From an uncultured Gammaproteobacteria bacterium (GTDB lineage: Bacteria > Patescibacteriota > Patescibacteriia > Patescibacteriales > WJLG01): a stretch of DNA of 64,000 nucleotides. Shown here piece after piece: positions 45,056 through 54,790 of this stretch. The stretch covers positions 82,632 through 146,631 of the forward strand of contig CAZJPG010000001.1 in NCBI GenBank assembly GCA_964547855.1. Reading direction: 5' to 3'. The notes under the pieces are model-generated. The model was not told the origin of the DNA. It saw nothing but the letters and a program-made list of their open reading frames with translations, and did no database searches. Position 1 is the stretch's first letter. Each line of letters opens with the position of its first letter. The translations under genes were made by a program, and so were the position numbers.

Positions 45056-45145
45056 GCAAAGACAAAATTAAGATTCAAAAATTAAGATTCAAAAATTAAA
45101 TCCTAATTTATAAAACTTAAACGACCATCGCCGCTAGGCGAAAGA

Positions 45146-47398
45146 TCATATAATGTCTTTTATGTCCTGATAGAACTTTTCGGCCACGACACGAGAATCA
45201 AAATCTCTCTTTATCGTTTCCATCGCCGCTTTGCCCAAGCGCGCCCTTTTTTCCTTATCTGATAACTGGACTATTTTATCCGCTAAATCGAAATAATCAT
45301 AAGTCTTGAATATAAAACCGTTCTCGCCGTCTTTGACGTAAGTTTTGGCTCCGCAAGTATCAGAAATAATGGCCGGCAAGCCACAGGCCATGGCCTCAGG
45401 GACGACGATACCGATCGGTTCATCGACCGAAGGCAACACTATTACATCATTGCGATTATAAACATCAATAAGTTCACGGTTTGTGACTTTAGGAAGGAAA
45501 TTAACCTTATCTCTTATTTTTAGTTCGTCTATGAGACGATTTAAATCCGCCTCTAAAATTCCATTGCCACGGATATTTATGACAAAATCGAAAAAATTTC
45601 GGTCCTTAAGAGACTTGGCAGCACGAAACAAGTCCTCATAGCGCTTAAATGGGATCATCCGAGCAATGATAAGGAGCTTTAATTTGCCATCATCTTTATC
45701 CAGGTGCTGATCATAAAAAAGACGTGTATCCACCTCGGCCGGACAAAGCCTAATTTTATCTTTATCGAAAGTCGGAAATCTGTCGCGCCCAAAATTAAGA
45801 CAATCGGATGTATAGCAAAATATCCTTTTTGACATCATGAAGATAGGAAAAGCTAAATAAAGAGCGGCTAAAGACAAAAACCTCTTCAAACGACCACGCC
45901 CAAAGCCCTTTTTCTCCTCCCAAAGAACCAAAGGCTTGCGATGGATCAAGCAATAAAAAAGCGACTGCCAGCTGGTCGGCTGCAAATAAAGATTGACCAT
46001 GACCAAATCCGGATTCTCTCGGCGCAAGAATGAATAAAGTCCAAAATAAAAATCAAAATTCAGTGGATCGGCTTTCTTTCCTTTTATCTTGGCGATCATT
46101 ATCATCGGTAAAGAAATAGCCTTGAAAAACCAGCGCAAAGCGAATTTAAACGTCTTATAGCGATAGAACTTCTCTCGCCCCTCGTCTTCCTGGCGCGAAC
46201 CGACGGCCATGACCAAGTCGATCTCTGGATGGAGTTCGCCTAAGGCATTGAAAAAATTAACATAAATATCGTTGCTGTCGTTGGCGACCCATACGACTTT
46301 CTTTCTATCAGAAAGACGTTCGACGAAAAAAGCATCAAGGCGCTCTATTATTTTGACGACGTCGTAAGACTCGACTTTTTCCTTGGCCTTAACGCCAAAA
46401 CCTTCGGCCTCCTTCGGATCGGCGGCTAAGCGCAAAAGCTTTTCAGCTAAATCTGCGGCATCTCCGGTCTTGAAAGTTAGACCGGACATTTCGTTTTCTA
46501 TCAATTCGGCGTTCTCTGGTATATCGGAAACTACACAAGGACGACCCTCTTTCATGGCCTCAAGCAAGGCATTGCTCATGCCCTCATGTCGAGAAGGCAA
46601 AACAAAGACGTCGGCAGCTGCCAATAAAGAAGGGATGTCCTGTCTAACGCCCAAAAACCGCACTCGCTCCGATATGCCCAAGTCATAAGCCAAAGTCTCC
46701 AAAGACAAACGCTCCTCGCCTTGGCCGGCTAAAAGCAATTCGAATTTAAGATGAGGATTTTTATCCTTGACCATGGACAGCGCCCTAAGCAAGGTCGGCA
46801 GATCCTTTTGAGGATGCAAACGAGCGATGGATAAAATAGTAAGATCGTCGTCAGACAAACCCAGCTCGCGCACGACGACATCTTTGTCGGCCGACGACGG
46901 CGAGAGATCTATGCCGTTAGGGATACAGGTCGAACGTTCGGCTGGAAAACGATAAGCCTTGCGATAATGATTCAAGACCGCTTCGCTATTAGTCAGAAGA
47001 TAATCGACGGACGAAAGAGTTAAAAAATCTAAAACAGTGAAAAGCAGTTTAGTGTGGCGATTACGTATGTAAGAGAAGATCTTCTTAACGCCAGCTCGAC
47101 GCGCGAATAATCGACCAAAGAGATCGGCATGTATAAGATAATTGACCTGAATATCCGGAGCAAAGGCCCTGACTACGTTTTTATATCTAGAGATAATATT
47201 AAAATCGAACCAACCCGAGCATTCTAAATAAAAAACTTTGATGCCAGCCTTCTCTAATTCAGCCCCGATCGCTCCTTTACCCCTAAGGACACAAACGGCG
47301 TGTTCGGCCGACTTAAGATACGGCAAAGTCGCGAGAAGCATTTTTTCCGCTCCTCCGCCTTTCTCTATTCCAGTTATTAGATGCAATATCCTGTTCAT
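45146..47398 (-). CDS. Double-domain glycosyltransferase (two GT4 modules fused, 750 aa)
   Basis: N-terminal module: GGAEKMLL, ARLHPQKD, VFVLPSRHEGMSNALLEAMKEGRPCVVSDIPENAELI. C-terminal module: ARMIPFKRYED, VIVLPSVDEPIGIVVPEAMACGLPAIISDTCGAKTYVKDGENGFIF. Confidence 0.85.
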   Translation of the reverse strand: MNRILHLITGIEKGGGAEKMLLATLPYLKSAEHAVCVLRGKGAIGAELEKAGIKVFYLECSGWFDFNIISRYKNVVRAFAPDIQVNYLIHADLFGRLFARRAGVKKIFSYIRNRHTKLLFTVLDFLTLSSVDYLLTNSEAVLNHYRKAYRFPAERSTCIPNGIDLSPSSADKDVVVRELGLSDDDLTILSIARLHPQKDLPTLLRALSMVKDKNPHLKFELLLAGQGEERLSLETLAYDLGISERVRFLGVRQDIPSLLAAADVFVLPSRHEGMSNALLEAMKEGRPCVVSDIPENAELIENEMSGLTFKTGDAADLAEKLLRLAADPKEAEGFGVKAKEKVESYDVVKIIERLDAFFVERLSDRKKVVWVANDSNDIYVNFFNALGELHPEIDLVMAVGSRQEDEGREKFYRYKTFKFALRWFFKAISLPMIMIAKIKGKKADPLNFDFYFGLYSFLRRENPDLVMVNLYLQPTSWQSLFYCLIHRKPLVLWEEKKGFGRGRLKRFLSLAALYLAFPIFMMSKRIFCYTSDCLNFGRDRFPTFDKDKIRLCPAEVDTRLFYDQHLDKDDGKLKLLIIARMIPFKRYEDLFRAAKSLKDRNFFDFVINIRGNGILEADLNRLIDELKIRDKVNFLPKVTNRELIDVYNRNDVIVLPSVDEPIGIVVPEAMACGLPAIISDTCGAKTYVKDGENGFIFKTYDYFDLADKIVQLSDKEKRARLGKAAMETIKRDFDSRVVAEKFYQDIKDII

Positions 47399-47406
47399 TT
47401 TATTCG

Positions 47407-48537
47407 CTATTTTTTATTGGAATACTGCGATTCATAACAATCGGCCGTTCGTCTAAGTTCGAATTCTGGAACCATCTTTTCGTTGGCCGCAACCACCGCT
47501 TTCAAAACATCGACATCCTGCAACGCCTTGAACTTAGATAAGAATATCTTTTTATCGTCGAAAGGATATATTTGATCGTCGCTGCCGATCACTTCACGAT
47601 TTCCGCCGACATCGCTAGTCAGTATCGGCAAATCGGCGAACAAGGACTCGATCAAAGCTATGGACAAGCCTTCATAGCGCGAAGTTTGGACAAAAATATC
47701 GAAAGCCTTGAGATAGCGCCCGCCATTAGGGACGTCTCCGACCAAAAATATCTTATCCTTTAAACCAGCCTCCTCTATCATGGCCTCATACTTGCTTCGT
47801 TCAGACCCTTCGCCCATTATAACCGCTACCGCATCCGGCCTGATTTCCAACAATTCCTTAAAAGAAGATATTAAAAATTCATAATTCTTGGCATAGTCCA
47901 AGCGACCGATAGAGCCGATTATATAGTTGCCGCTAAGATCGACACCAGCCATAGACGACAATGATGTCTTCGCTTCATCTGCCGGCAAGAATGAAAAATT
48001 AGCGCGATCGAGGCCGTTATGGATCATTAATCCTTTTTTAGTCAACTGGCCACATCCGAATTTATCGAAATTTTCCTGTGACACGAAAACTGGTACATCG
48101 ATGAATAAAAGAAAAAATTTGAAGAACCAGTAATAAGCCATTCTTAACAAAGGATTGATTTGGTAATGTTCATCAAGCATAGACATCCCCCTAAAGGTAA
48201 AGACGGTTCTAACCTTAGGGTTAGATAATTTAGCCCCCAAGGCCCCAGGCAGAGCGTTCGAACTATTGAAATGGACGACGTCAAAATGATGTTCGGAGAC
48301 ATATTTCTTTATTTCCATCACAAAGAATAACGGCGAGAGTGGATTGTGCGTCCTTTTCAAAAAATCAAAACGCAAAAATGGTATCCCGACCTTATCCAGC
48401 TCGTTTGACAGAAAATCGCCCTCCCCAAAACCAACGAAGACCTCGTGTCCGCGAGCCTTCATCTCTCTTGCCAAATTAAGGACCGACATCTGCGCCCCGC
48501 CGACCACTCCTTTGGTTATGACAAATAATATCTTCAT
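47407..48537 (-). CDS. GT4-family glycosyltransferase
   Basis: MKILFVITKGVVGGAQ, GRLDYAKN, IFVQTSRYEGLSIALIESLFADLPILTSDVGGNREVI. Confidence 0.88.
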   Translation of the reverse strand: MKILFVITKGVVGGAQMSVLNLAREMKARGHEVFVGFGEGDFLSNELDKVGIPFLRFDFLKRTHNPLSPLFFVMEIKKYVSEHHFDVVHFNSSNALPGALGAKLSNPKVRTVFTFRGMSMLDEHYQINPLLRMAYYWFFKFFLLFIDVPVFVSQENFDKFGCGQLTKKGLMIHNGLDRANFSFLPADEAKTSLSSMAGVDLSGNYIIGSIGRLDYAKNYEFLISSFKELLEIRPDAVAVIMGEGSERSKYEAMIEEAGLKDKIFLVGDVPNGGRYLKAFDIFVQTSRYEGLSIALIESLFADLPILTSDVGGNREVIGSDDQIYPFDDKKIFLSKFKALQDVDVLKAVVAANEKMVPEFELRRTADCYESQYSNKK

Positions 48538-49502
48538 GAAAGTTTTTTATAATATTCCCTATACCATTCTACAAACCTCTTTATTCCCTCTTCTATGCCT
48601 ACTTTAGGCTCCCAGCATAACTTTTCTCTTGTGTGTTCGATATCGGCATATGTTTCCAGCACATCCCCTGGCTGCATAGGTTTCAATTCTTTTTTAGCTG
48701 TCTTGCCCAAAGTCTTTTCTAAGGTGTCGACGAAATAGGCAAGTTCCACGGGTCGATGATTGCCAAGATTAAAGACCTCACAAGGATAGGCGCGATCCAT
48801 GGCTTTAATTATTCCGTCCACTATGTCGTCGATATACGTGAAATCGCGCTTCATCTTGCCATAGTTAAATATCTCTATCGGCTCTCCAGCCACTATCTTC
48901 TTGGAAAAAGAGAATAGTGCCATATCTGGACGACCATAAGGACCGTAAACCGTAAAGAATCTCAAGCCGGTCGTGTTCATGCCATAAAGATGGTGATAAG
49001 TATGAGCGATCAATTCATTTGCCTTCTTAGTGGCAGCATAAAGAGATACTGGCCTATCGACATTGTCCTCGACGGAAAACGGTACTTTTTTATTGTCGCC
49101 ATAGACCGAGCTGGACGAAGCATAGATAAAATCCTTGATACCGGAATTTTTACATTCATCGATCAAATTAGTGAAAGCCGTTAAATTCGCCTTGATATAA
49201 GCATGAGGGTTAGTAAGCGAATATCGCACTCCGGCTTGAGCGGCCAAATGACAGACCTTATCGAATTTGTCTTCAGACAAAACTTTCTTAACGAACAGTA
49301 GGTCGGACAGATCGCCGCGCTGTAATTTGAAATTAGGATACTTAGCTAAAATAGCGTTTCTATCCTCCTTCAAGGAGACTTCGTAATAATCATTAAAATC
49401 ATCCACGCCGACCACAAATTCGCCGTTCTCTAAAAGATGACGAGAAAGATGGAATCCTATAAAACCAGCGCTGCCGGTTACTAAATATTTTTTACCGCTC
49501 AT
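48534..49502 (-). CDS. NAD-dependent UDP-glucuronate 4-epimerase-like SDR
   Basis: YLVTGSAGFIGFHL, HLAAQAGVRYS, YASSSSVYG, VSLYAATKKANELIAHTYHHLYG, GLRFFTVYGPYGRPDMA, GKMKRDFTYIDDI. This matches the uronate 4-epimerase (Cap1J/LpsL/WbnF-type) pattern closely. Confidence 0.82.
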   Translation of the reverse strand: MSGKKYLVTGSAGFIGFHLSRHLLENGEFVVGVDDFNDYYEVSLKEDRNAILAKYPNFKLQRGDLSDLLFVKKVLSEDKFDKVCHLAAQAGVRYSLTNPHAYIKANLTAFTNLIDECKNSGIKDFIYASSSSVYGDNKKVPFSVEDNVDRPVSLYAATKKANELIAHTYHHLYGMNTTGLRFFTVYGPYGRPDMALFSFSKKIVAGEPIEIFNYGKMKRDFTYIDDIVDGIIKAMDRAYPCEVFNLGNHRPVELAYFVDTLEKTLGKTAKKELKPMQPGDVLETYADIEHTREKLCWEPKVGIEEGIKRFVEWYREYYKKLS

Positions 49503-49537
49503 TATCTTGTGGTGTTTTAATTTGACGAGTTCAAAAT

Positions 49538-50767
49538 TTATTTCTTATAGACTGGGTTCATTTTTCTAAGCTTCTCGACGATAGGCGGTAAAACGGCTAA
49601 AACTTTTTTAATGTCTTCTTTAGTATTGTCTTTGCCCAAGGTAAAGCGCAAAGCATAATTAGAGTATTCCTCCTCTATGCCCATAGCCTCCAAAACATGC
49701 GAGCCTTTAAGAGATTTGGAGGCGCAAGCCGAACCAGTGGAAACGGCGATACCTTCAAAATCCAAAGAAATAAGCATTGATTCACCCTCAGCACCGACGA
49801 TGGTGAAATGAGCGTGCGACGGCGAGGAGTTGTCGCGATCGGTGTTCAATATCACATCAGGTATCTTTTTCACTAAACCGTCGACAAGCATGTCGCGCAA
49901 AGCGGCGATTTTCTTATTGTCTTTCTCGCGGCTTTCTGGCGTTATCAAAGATAAAGATTTTCCCAAACCGACTATACCGGGAACATTCAATGTCCCACTG
50001 CGATAATTGCGTTCATGATGTCCGCCTAAAACGATCGGCGAGATGGCCGAACCGCTCTTGATATATAATAACCCGACACCCTTGGGTCCGTATATCTTAT
50101 GTCCGGTCAATGATAATAGGTCGACATGGAGCTTGGTGACATCGCAATCGAAATAGTTGGCCGCCTGAACGGCGTCAGTATGGAAAAGCACTGGGCGAGG
50201 CTTCGGAATTTTTTTCGCCGCACCCTCTTTTTGCCAGGCGCTCATTCTGCCATCATTGACCTTCTTGATCGCTTTACCTATCTCGCGGATCGGCTGAGCT
50301 ATGCCAACCTCGCTATTAACGTACATAATGGAAACTAAAACAGTGTTATCCTTGATGGCCTTGGCCACCTCTTCGACATCGACGCGCCCCGTCTTATCCA
50401 CCGAAAGAATAGTGACCTCGACTCCTTCCTCCTTTAAAGCCGCTGCCGGTTCAAGGACGGCATCATGTTCCACTGCCGAAACTATGACATGGGGTTTTTT
50501 AACACCCCCCTTTAAGGCAGCTCTAACGGTGCCGCGCAAAGCTAAATTATTGGACTCTGTAGCCCCCGAAGTGAAGACCACTTCATCGTCATGGCAATTT
50601 AAAAAACGGGCCGCTTGAGAGCGAGCCGCGTCCACCCCGGCCACGGCCTTTTGCCCAGCGGAATGTATCGAGGAAGGATTGCCGAAAATATCGGAAAAAT
50701 AAGGCTCCATCGCTTTTAAAACCTTGGAAGAAACTGGCGTCGTAGCGCTATGGTCGAGATATATCAT
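49538..50767 (-). CDS. Cysteine desulfurase (NifS/IscS type, class V aminotransferase)
   Basis: MIYLDHSATTP, FTSGATESNN, HKIYGPKGVG (PLP Lys), SSGSACAS-like STGSACASK (active-site Cys). Confidence 0.92.
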   Translation of the reverse strand: MIYLDHSATTPVSSKVLKAMEPYFSDIFGNPSSIHSAGQKAVAGVDAARSQAARFLNCHDDEVVFTSGATESNNLALRGTVRAALKGGVKKPHVIVSAVEHDAVLEPAAALKEEGVEVTILSVDKTGRVDVEEVAKAIKDNTVLVSIMYVNSEVGIAQPIREIGKAIKKVNDGRMSAWQKEGAAKKIPKPRPVLFHTDAVQAANYFDCDVTKLHVDLLSLTGHKIYGPKGVGLLYIKSGSAISPIVLGGHHERNYRSGTLNVPGIVGLGKSLSLITPESREKDNKKIAALRDMLVDGLVKKIPDVILNTDRDNSSPSHAHFTIVGAEGESMLISLDFEGIAVSTGSACASKSLKGSHVLEAMGIEEEYSNYALRFTLGKDNTKEDIKKVLAVLPPIVEKLRKMNPVYKK

Positions 50768-50846
50768 AAAAACAAAATTTAGGAATTACGATTCAGGATT
50801 CAAGCCCAGCAAAGCTTAAACCCTTATTCTTAAGTCCTAATTTCTT

Positions 50847-51092
50847 TTAGCCGTTGACCACTTTTTTCACCTCCGGAACTTCTTTCTTTAAAACTTCACC
50901 GACCCCTTGCTCCAAAGTTATTTGTGACATTGGGCAATGAGCGCACATACCAATCATCTTAATGCGAGCTGTACCAGTCTTCTCATCAAAACCGACCAAT
51001 TCACAGTCGCCGCCATCGGCCTGAAGGCCAGGGCGAACGGATTCAAGAGACTCTTTGATCTTATCCTCGACTTTTTTTTCTTTTTTTTCCAT
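50847..51092 (-). CDS. NifU C-terminal (Nfu-like) Fe-S cluster carrier domain protein
   Basis: 81 aa. VRPGLQADGGDCELVG and GMCAHCPMS (CxxC). Confidence 0.85.
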   Translation of the reverse strand: MEKKEKKVEDKIKESLESVRPGLQADGGDCELVGFDEKTGTARIKMIGMCAHCPMSQITLEQGVGEVLKKEVPEVKKVVNG

Positions 51093-51093
51093 A

Positions 51094-51468
51094 TTAACTA
51101 TTTTTAATTTTTAATTGATAATTTTTTATCGCTTGATGCAAAGCGTCTACGCCAAGCATCGAACAATGGACTTTGACCGGAGGCAAACCGCCAAGGTCGC
51201 TGACGATATCATCTTTGGTTATTTTCAAAGCCTCATCTAAAGTCTTGCCTTTTACCATGTCAGTCAAATCAGAGGAGACGGCTACGGCCGCTGCGCAACC
51301 CAAAGTCTCGAACTTAACATCCTCTATGACGCCATTCTCGATTTTAAGATATATTTTCATAACATCTCCGCAAACAGGGTTACCTTCCTGTCCGACCGCA
51401 TCGGCGTCGGAAATACTTCCTTGATTATGGGGATTACGGAAATGATCTAAAACTTTTTGAGTATACAT
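51094..51468 (-). CDS. iscU: Fe-S cluster assembly scaffold (IscU/NifU N-terminal type)
   Basis: VLDHFRNPHNQG, NPVCGDVM, FETLGCAAAVAS-like, HCSMLGVDAL. The three conserved Cys residues are present. Confidence 0.9.
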   Translation of the reverse strand: MYTQKVLDHFRNPHNQGSISDADAVGQEGNPVCGDVMKIYLKIENGVIEDVKFETLGCAAAVAVSSDLTDMVKGKTLDEALKITKDDIVSDLGGLPPVKVHCSMLGVDALHQAIKNYQLKIKNS

Positions 51469-51627
51469 AAAATAATTAAGAATTAAAGATTAATAATTTT
51501 CAATTATGGTCTCGTTGGTTATTTTGCCACCTTTTTAAACAAAAGTCAATATTTAAACAAATATTAGCAAAAAATACCCAAATTAAGGGTATTTTATGAA
51601 AAATTCTTAATTCTTGATTTACAACTT

Positions 51628-52416
51628 CTACTTTATGACCACAGGTGTTCCGATTTCAGCCCAATTATAAAGCGTTTCGGCCTCGCCATTCCGTCCCATT
51701 CGAACGCAGCCATGTGATGCTGGATGTCCTAAGCTAGACTCACCTTCGCGGTGCCCATTAGGCCAGTACGGCAACTCATGAAGCCCCATCTTGCCGGTCG
51801 GAGTAAAAGACATCCAATACGGCATCCAAAGTCCGTAAGGAGACCAAGCATTGGGGATCTTGTTATATATTTTGAAGGTCCCGCGCGGAGTAGTGTTGCG
51901 CACCCCGGAAGAGACAAGAAAAGATCCGATCTTATAGTTACCTTGATAGTAAGAAAGAGTTTGGCTATTCAAATCGACTTCTATTCTCTTTTCCAGTTTC
52001 CCGTCTTCGACCGAATTAGGATCATATGAAGCGTCCATCTCCTCTTTATCAGAATGACCATCTCCATCTGTGTCGGCCTTGGTTGGGTCCGTTCCCCAAT
52101 TTATCTCCTGACGATCACTAAGTCCATCATTATCAAAATCCGTATCTTCCATTTTCTTGTCGGTCTTTTCCCAAGGAGAGTACCCGTTATTCAATTCTTG
52201 CCAATCGCTATATCCATCGCCGTCCGTATCCGAATTATTGGGATCGGTATGATAGATATTTATCTCGTCTTGGTCGGGAACGGCGTCCCTGTCTGCATCC
52301 GGCAAGGCGTTGGCTCTTGACGTCATAATACCCAAGAACAAAAACATCAATAAAAACAAGGCTAAAGCGATTAATTTAGTCTTAGTGTCCGTAATTTTTA
52401 ATCCTTTATTTTTCAT
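51628..52416 (-). CDS. L,D-transpeptidase (YkuD domain) with N-terminal thrombospondin type-3-like Ca-binding repeats
   Basis: Repeats TDPNNSDTDGDGYSDWQE and TDPTKADTDGDGHSDKEE. The YkuD catalytic region includes HPASHGCVRM. Confidence 0.88.
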   Translation of the reverse strand: MKNKGLKITDTKTKLIALALFLLMFLFLGIMTSRANALPDADRDAVPDQDEINIYHTDPNNSDTDGDGYSDWQELNNGYSPWEKTDKKMEDTDFDNDGLSDRQEINWGTDPTKADTDGDGHSDKEEMDASYDPNSVEDGKLEKRIEVDLNSQTLSYYQGNYKIGSFLVSSGVRNTTPRGTFKIYNKIPNAWSPYGLWMPYWMSFTPTGKMGLHELPYWPNGHREGESSLGHPASHGCVRMGRNGEAETLYNWAEIGTPVVIK

Positions 52417-52427
52417 CTTTGATCGCC

Positions 52428-54788
52428 TTAAAATCCTTGCTTTCTACTTTCCCAATAATTAAATACTGGACCAGCGGCAAAATATCTCTTTCCTCCTTTA
52501 TAATAAACTATGACTTCTAACTTTAATCCTTCCAACTTCTCTTGCATCGAACTCTTAGTGGAAGGAGATGATATTGTCAGAACTTTGATTCCGGTCTCCT
52601 TGACCGAGAATTGAGTCACAAAGCCGCCGAGGAATTTATAATCATCACTATTAAGGTCTTCGCCATTAAGCTCTTTTCTAACGATGCCATCAATGTCTTG
52701 AAAATTCTTTTTCATAGTGGACAGATCGGCCAAAACGGTATTTTCCTGCTCCCCGACTTTAAGCAGCTTCAACATTTCCAAAACCATATCGGTATTGGCC
52801 GATAACTCCTTGACCAAAGCTAGATTCGGCTCGACATAACCGTATTCGGCACTACCACCAATTTGATCGGTCCCCAAACGTCCAGACGGCTCCTTTTGGT
52901 AGGTAGTAAACTTGTCAGGTGGCAATTGCAGATCGACCCAAGCGGAGACAGCAGTAGATAATTCTTTCTTGCGCCACAATTCCGTCCTCATTAAGTCTGG
53001 ACGTTCGGAGTCTGGCGAAGACATCATCTTCTTCACTATATCCAAGGTCGACCAGTAACTATTATTATGCCAAGAACTATCTGTAAAATTAGCGAATTGA
53101 GACCTTAAAGCCTGGGCTTGATCGGTATACATCTCATAGGCCGTATTAGAGGCGAAATATGAGCCACCATAACCATCACGCATCTGACCCATGACGTTCA
53201 TGACATCAAAGGCCATCCCCAAACAACGATAAAAATCTTCTTTTTTATTGCAAGCTGTGGTCGCTTTCAAAGCACTATCTTTCGATCCCTGATAGAACCC
53301 GACCCGCGGGTAAGTCAACTCATTAAAAATGTAGCTAGTCGGCCAATACCCCTCTACCAACATTTTCATTCCTAAATATTTTCTAGTGGTCGTCGAATTC
53401 TTATCTAGCCCGCCCTCCACTCCGGAAAATTGTTTAGCCAAAAGAGTTTCTTGGAGCTTGGTAAGATTCTCATCCACCTTATCTTGTTCTGATAATGCAT
53501 CGGTGATGCTTTTATCCTCTCCAAAAAGATCAGTGAGCGCTTTTCGATAATCCAGATAACTAAGATCGCCGCGCAATCCCTGAAAGAATGACATTATCTT
53601 ATATATCTTAGCCCAACGATTTTGAATATCCTGATTGCCATTGATGTCGTCGGCCACTAAAAAAGCAGAATACATCGACAGCCTCCAATCATCCTTATCC
53701 AAAAGGCATTCTGGACAGGACTCGCTGCGATACAACAAGGGGAATGGCGAGTTCAACCATTTGGCTGCTAGAAAAAAATTATTTAAACGAGCATTATTCT
53801 TGTACTCCGCTGGAACAGCGAAGTCTTTATAATTCCTCTCATAAAGCAATACCGGTGACTTAGTCGAATCTTCTTTTGTCTTACGTATCAATTCTACTTC
53901 TCTCTCTACATCATTCTTAAGATAAGAAGGTAGTGCGAAAGAAAATTCCGAGGCTTCAGTTGGAGTGAATCCGACGGTCTTATTTAAAGAAGAATCACTA
54001 CCTATCTGACTCTCGGTCGGAGATAGGAGCGCTAACGTAGTGGCGAAAAAAGCCAATTCTCGACGCGAACCCTCAAGCGTCAAATCATTGGACAATCCAG
54101 TCTTATTAAGATCTGACTCATATCTTTCCTTGGCAATGGAATATAGTCTTTTGTTCGTGTACCAAAGATTGTCGTAAAAGACCGTGCCCTCTATATCTTT
54201 AAAGGCATTCTTTAAGACATTGTGATAATAATATATCAAGAAATCACTAGTCACTAAGGCAGGAACTTGTTTATCCTCTAAAAGAGAATAGGCGCCGTAA
54301 AAATCCTTGGCCTCGGACGGGAAAGGATTGTCGATGACAGCAAATCCGTTTTGATTCAAACTATCCAATCCAGTATCGAGATTTATCTTTCTAGAAAAAT
54401 CATAGTAGTTGGCGACATCGACTTTGACATTTTGAGGTAAAGAATATTTCGGCAAGGACAAATCAAGGCTTTCTTCGTTGTATTTATAAAAATCACCGAA
54501 AGAGGCATTCTGGGCCTCCCAACTATTATCGCCAAAACCATCGCCATTTCCAGTCTCAACATCATTTAAGGATGGCAATGACGGCCCTTCTTCAGAGGTA
54601 GTCGCTTTTTGTTCTTCGACAGGCACGGTTTGCGTCTCTTGTTGCCTGTTCTCTTGCGCCAAACGCTTATTTTCAGAGATCATGCGCATAGCGAAAAAGA
54701 CTATGACTATTATCGCCAAGAAGGCGATGAATATCCCTATGAACAAAATAAGAGTTTTATTGTCGCCACCTCCCTGATTGTTTTCCAT
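52428..54788 (-). CDS. Large (786 aa) membrane-anchored extracytoplasmic protein of unknown function (possibly DUF3160-like)
   Basis: N-terminal TM (LILFIGIFIAFLAIIVIVFFA). No motif I can assign firmly. Size and segments such as LVTSDFLIYYYHNVL and GYWPTSYIFNEL recall DUF3160 proteins, but this is a weak recollection. Confidence 0.55.
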   Translation of the reverse strand: MENNQGGGDNKTLILFIGIFIAFLAIIVIVFFAMRMISENKRLAQENRQQETQTVPVEEQKATTSEEGPSLPSLNDVETGNGDGFGDNSWEAQNASFGDFYKYNEESLDLSLPKYSLPQNVKVDVANYYDFSRKINLDTGLDSLNQNGFAVIDNPFPSEAKDFYGAYSLLEDKQVPALVTSDFLIYYYHNVLKNAFKDIEGTVFYDNLWYTNKRLYSIAKERYESDLNKTGLSNDLTLEGSRRELAFFATTLALLSPTESQIGSDSSLNKTVGFTPTEASEFSFALPSYLKNDVEREVELIRKTKEDSTKSPVLLYERNYKDFAVPAEYKNNARLNNFFLAAKWLNSPFPLLYRSESCPECLLDKDDWRLSMYSAFLVADDINGNQDIQNRWAKIYKIMSFFQGLRGDLSYLDYRKALTDLFGEDKSITDALSEQDKVDENLTKLQETLLAKQFSGVEGGLDKNSTTTRKYLGMKMLVEGYWPTSYIFNELTYPRVGFYQGSKDSALKATTACNKKEDFYRCLGMAFDVMNVMGQMRDGYGGSYFASNTAYEMYTDQAQALRSQFANFTDSSWHNNSYWSTLDIVKKMMSSPDSERPDLMRTELWRKKELSTAVSAWVDLQLPPDKFTTYQKEPSGRLGTDQIGGSAEYGYVEPNLALVKELSANTDMVLEMLKLLKVGEQENTVLADLSTMKKNFQDIDGIVRKELNGEDLNSDDYKFLGGFVTQFSVKETGIKVLTISSPSTKSSMQEKLEGLKLEVIVYYKGGKRYFAAGPVFNYWESRKQGF

Positions 54789-54790
54789 AA

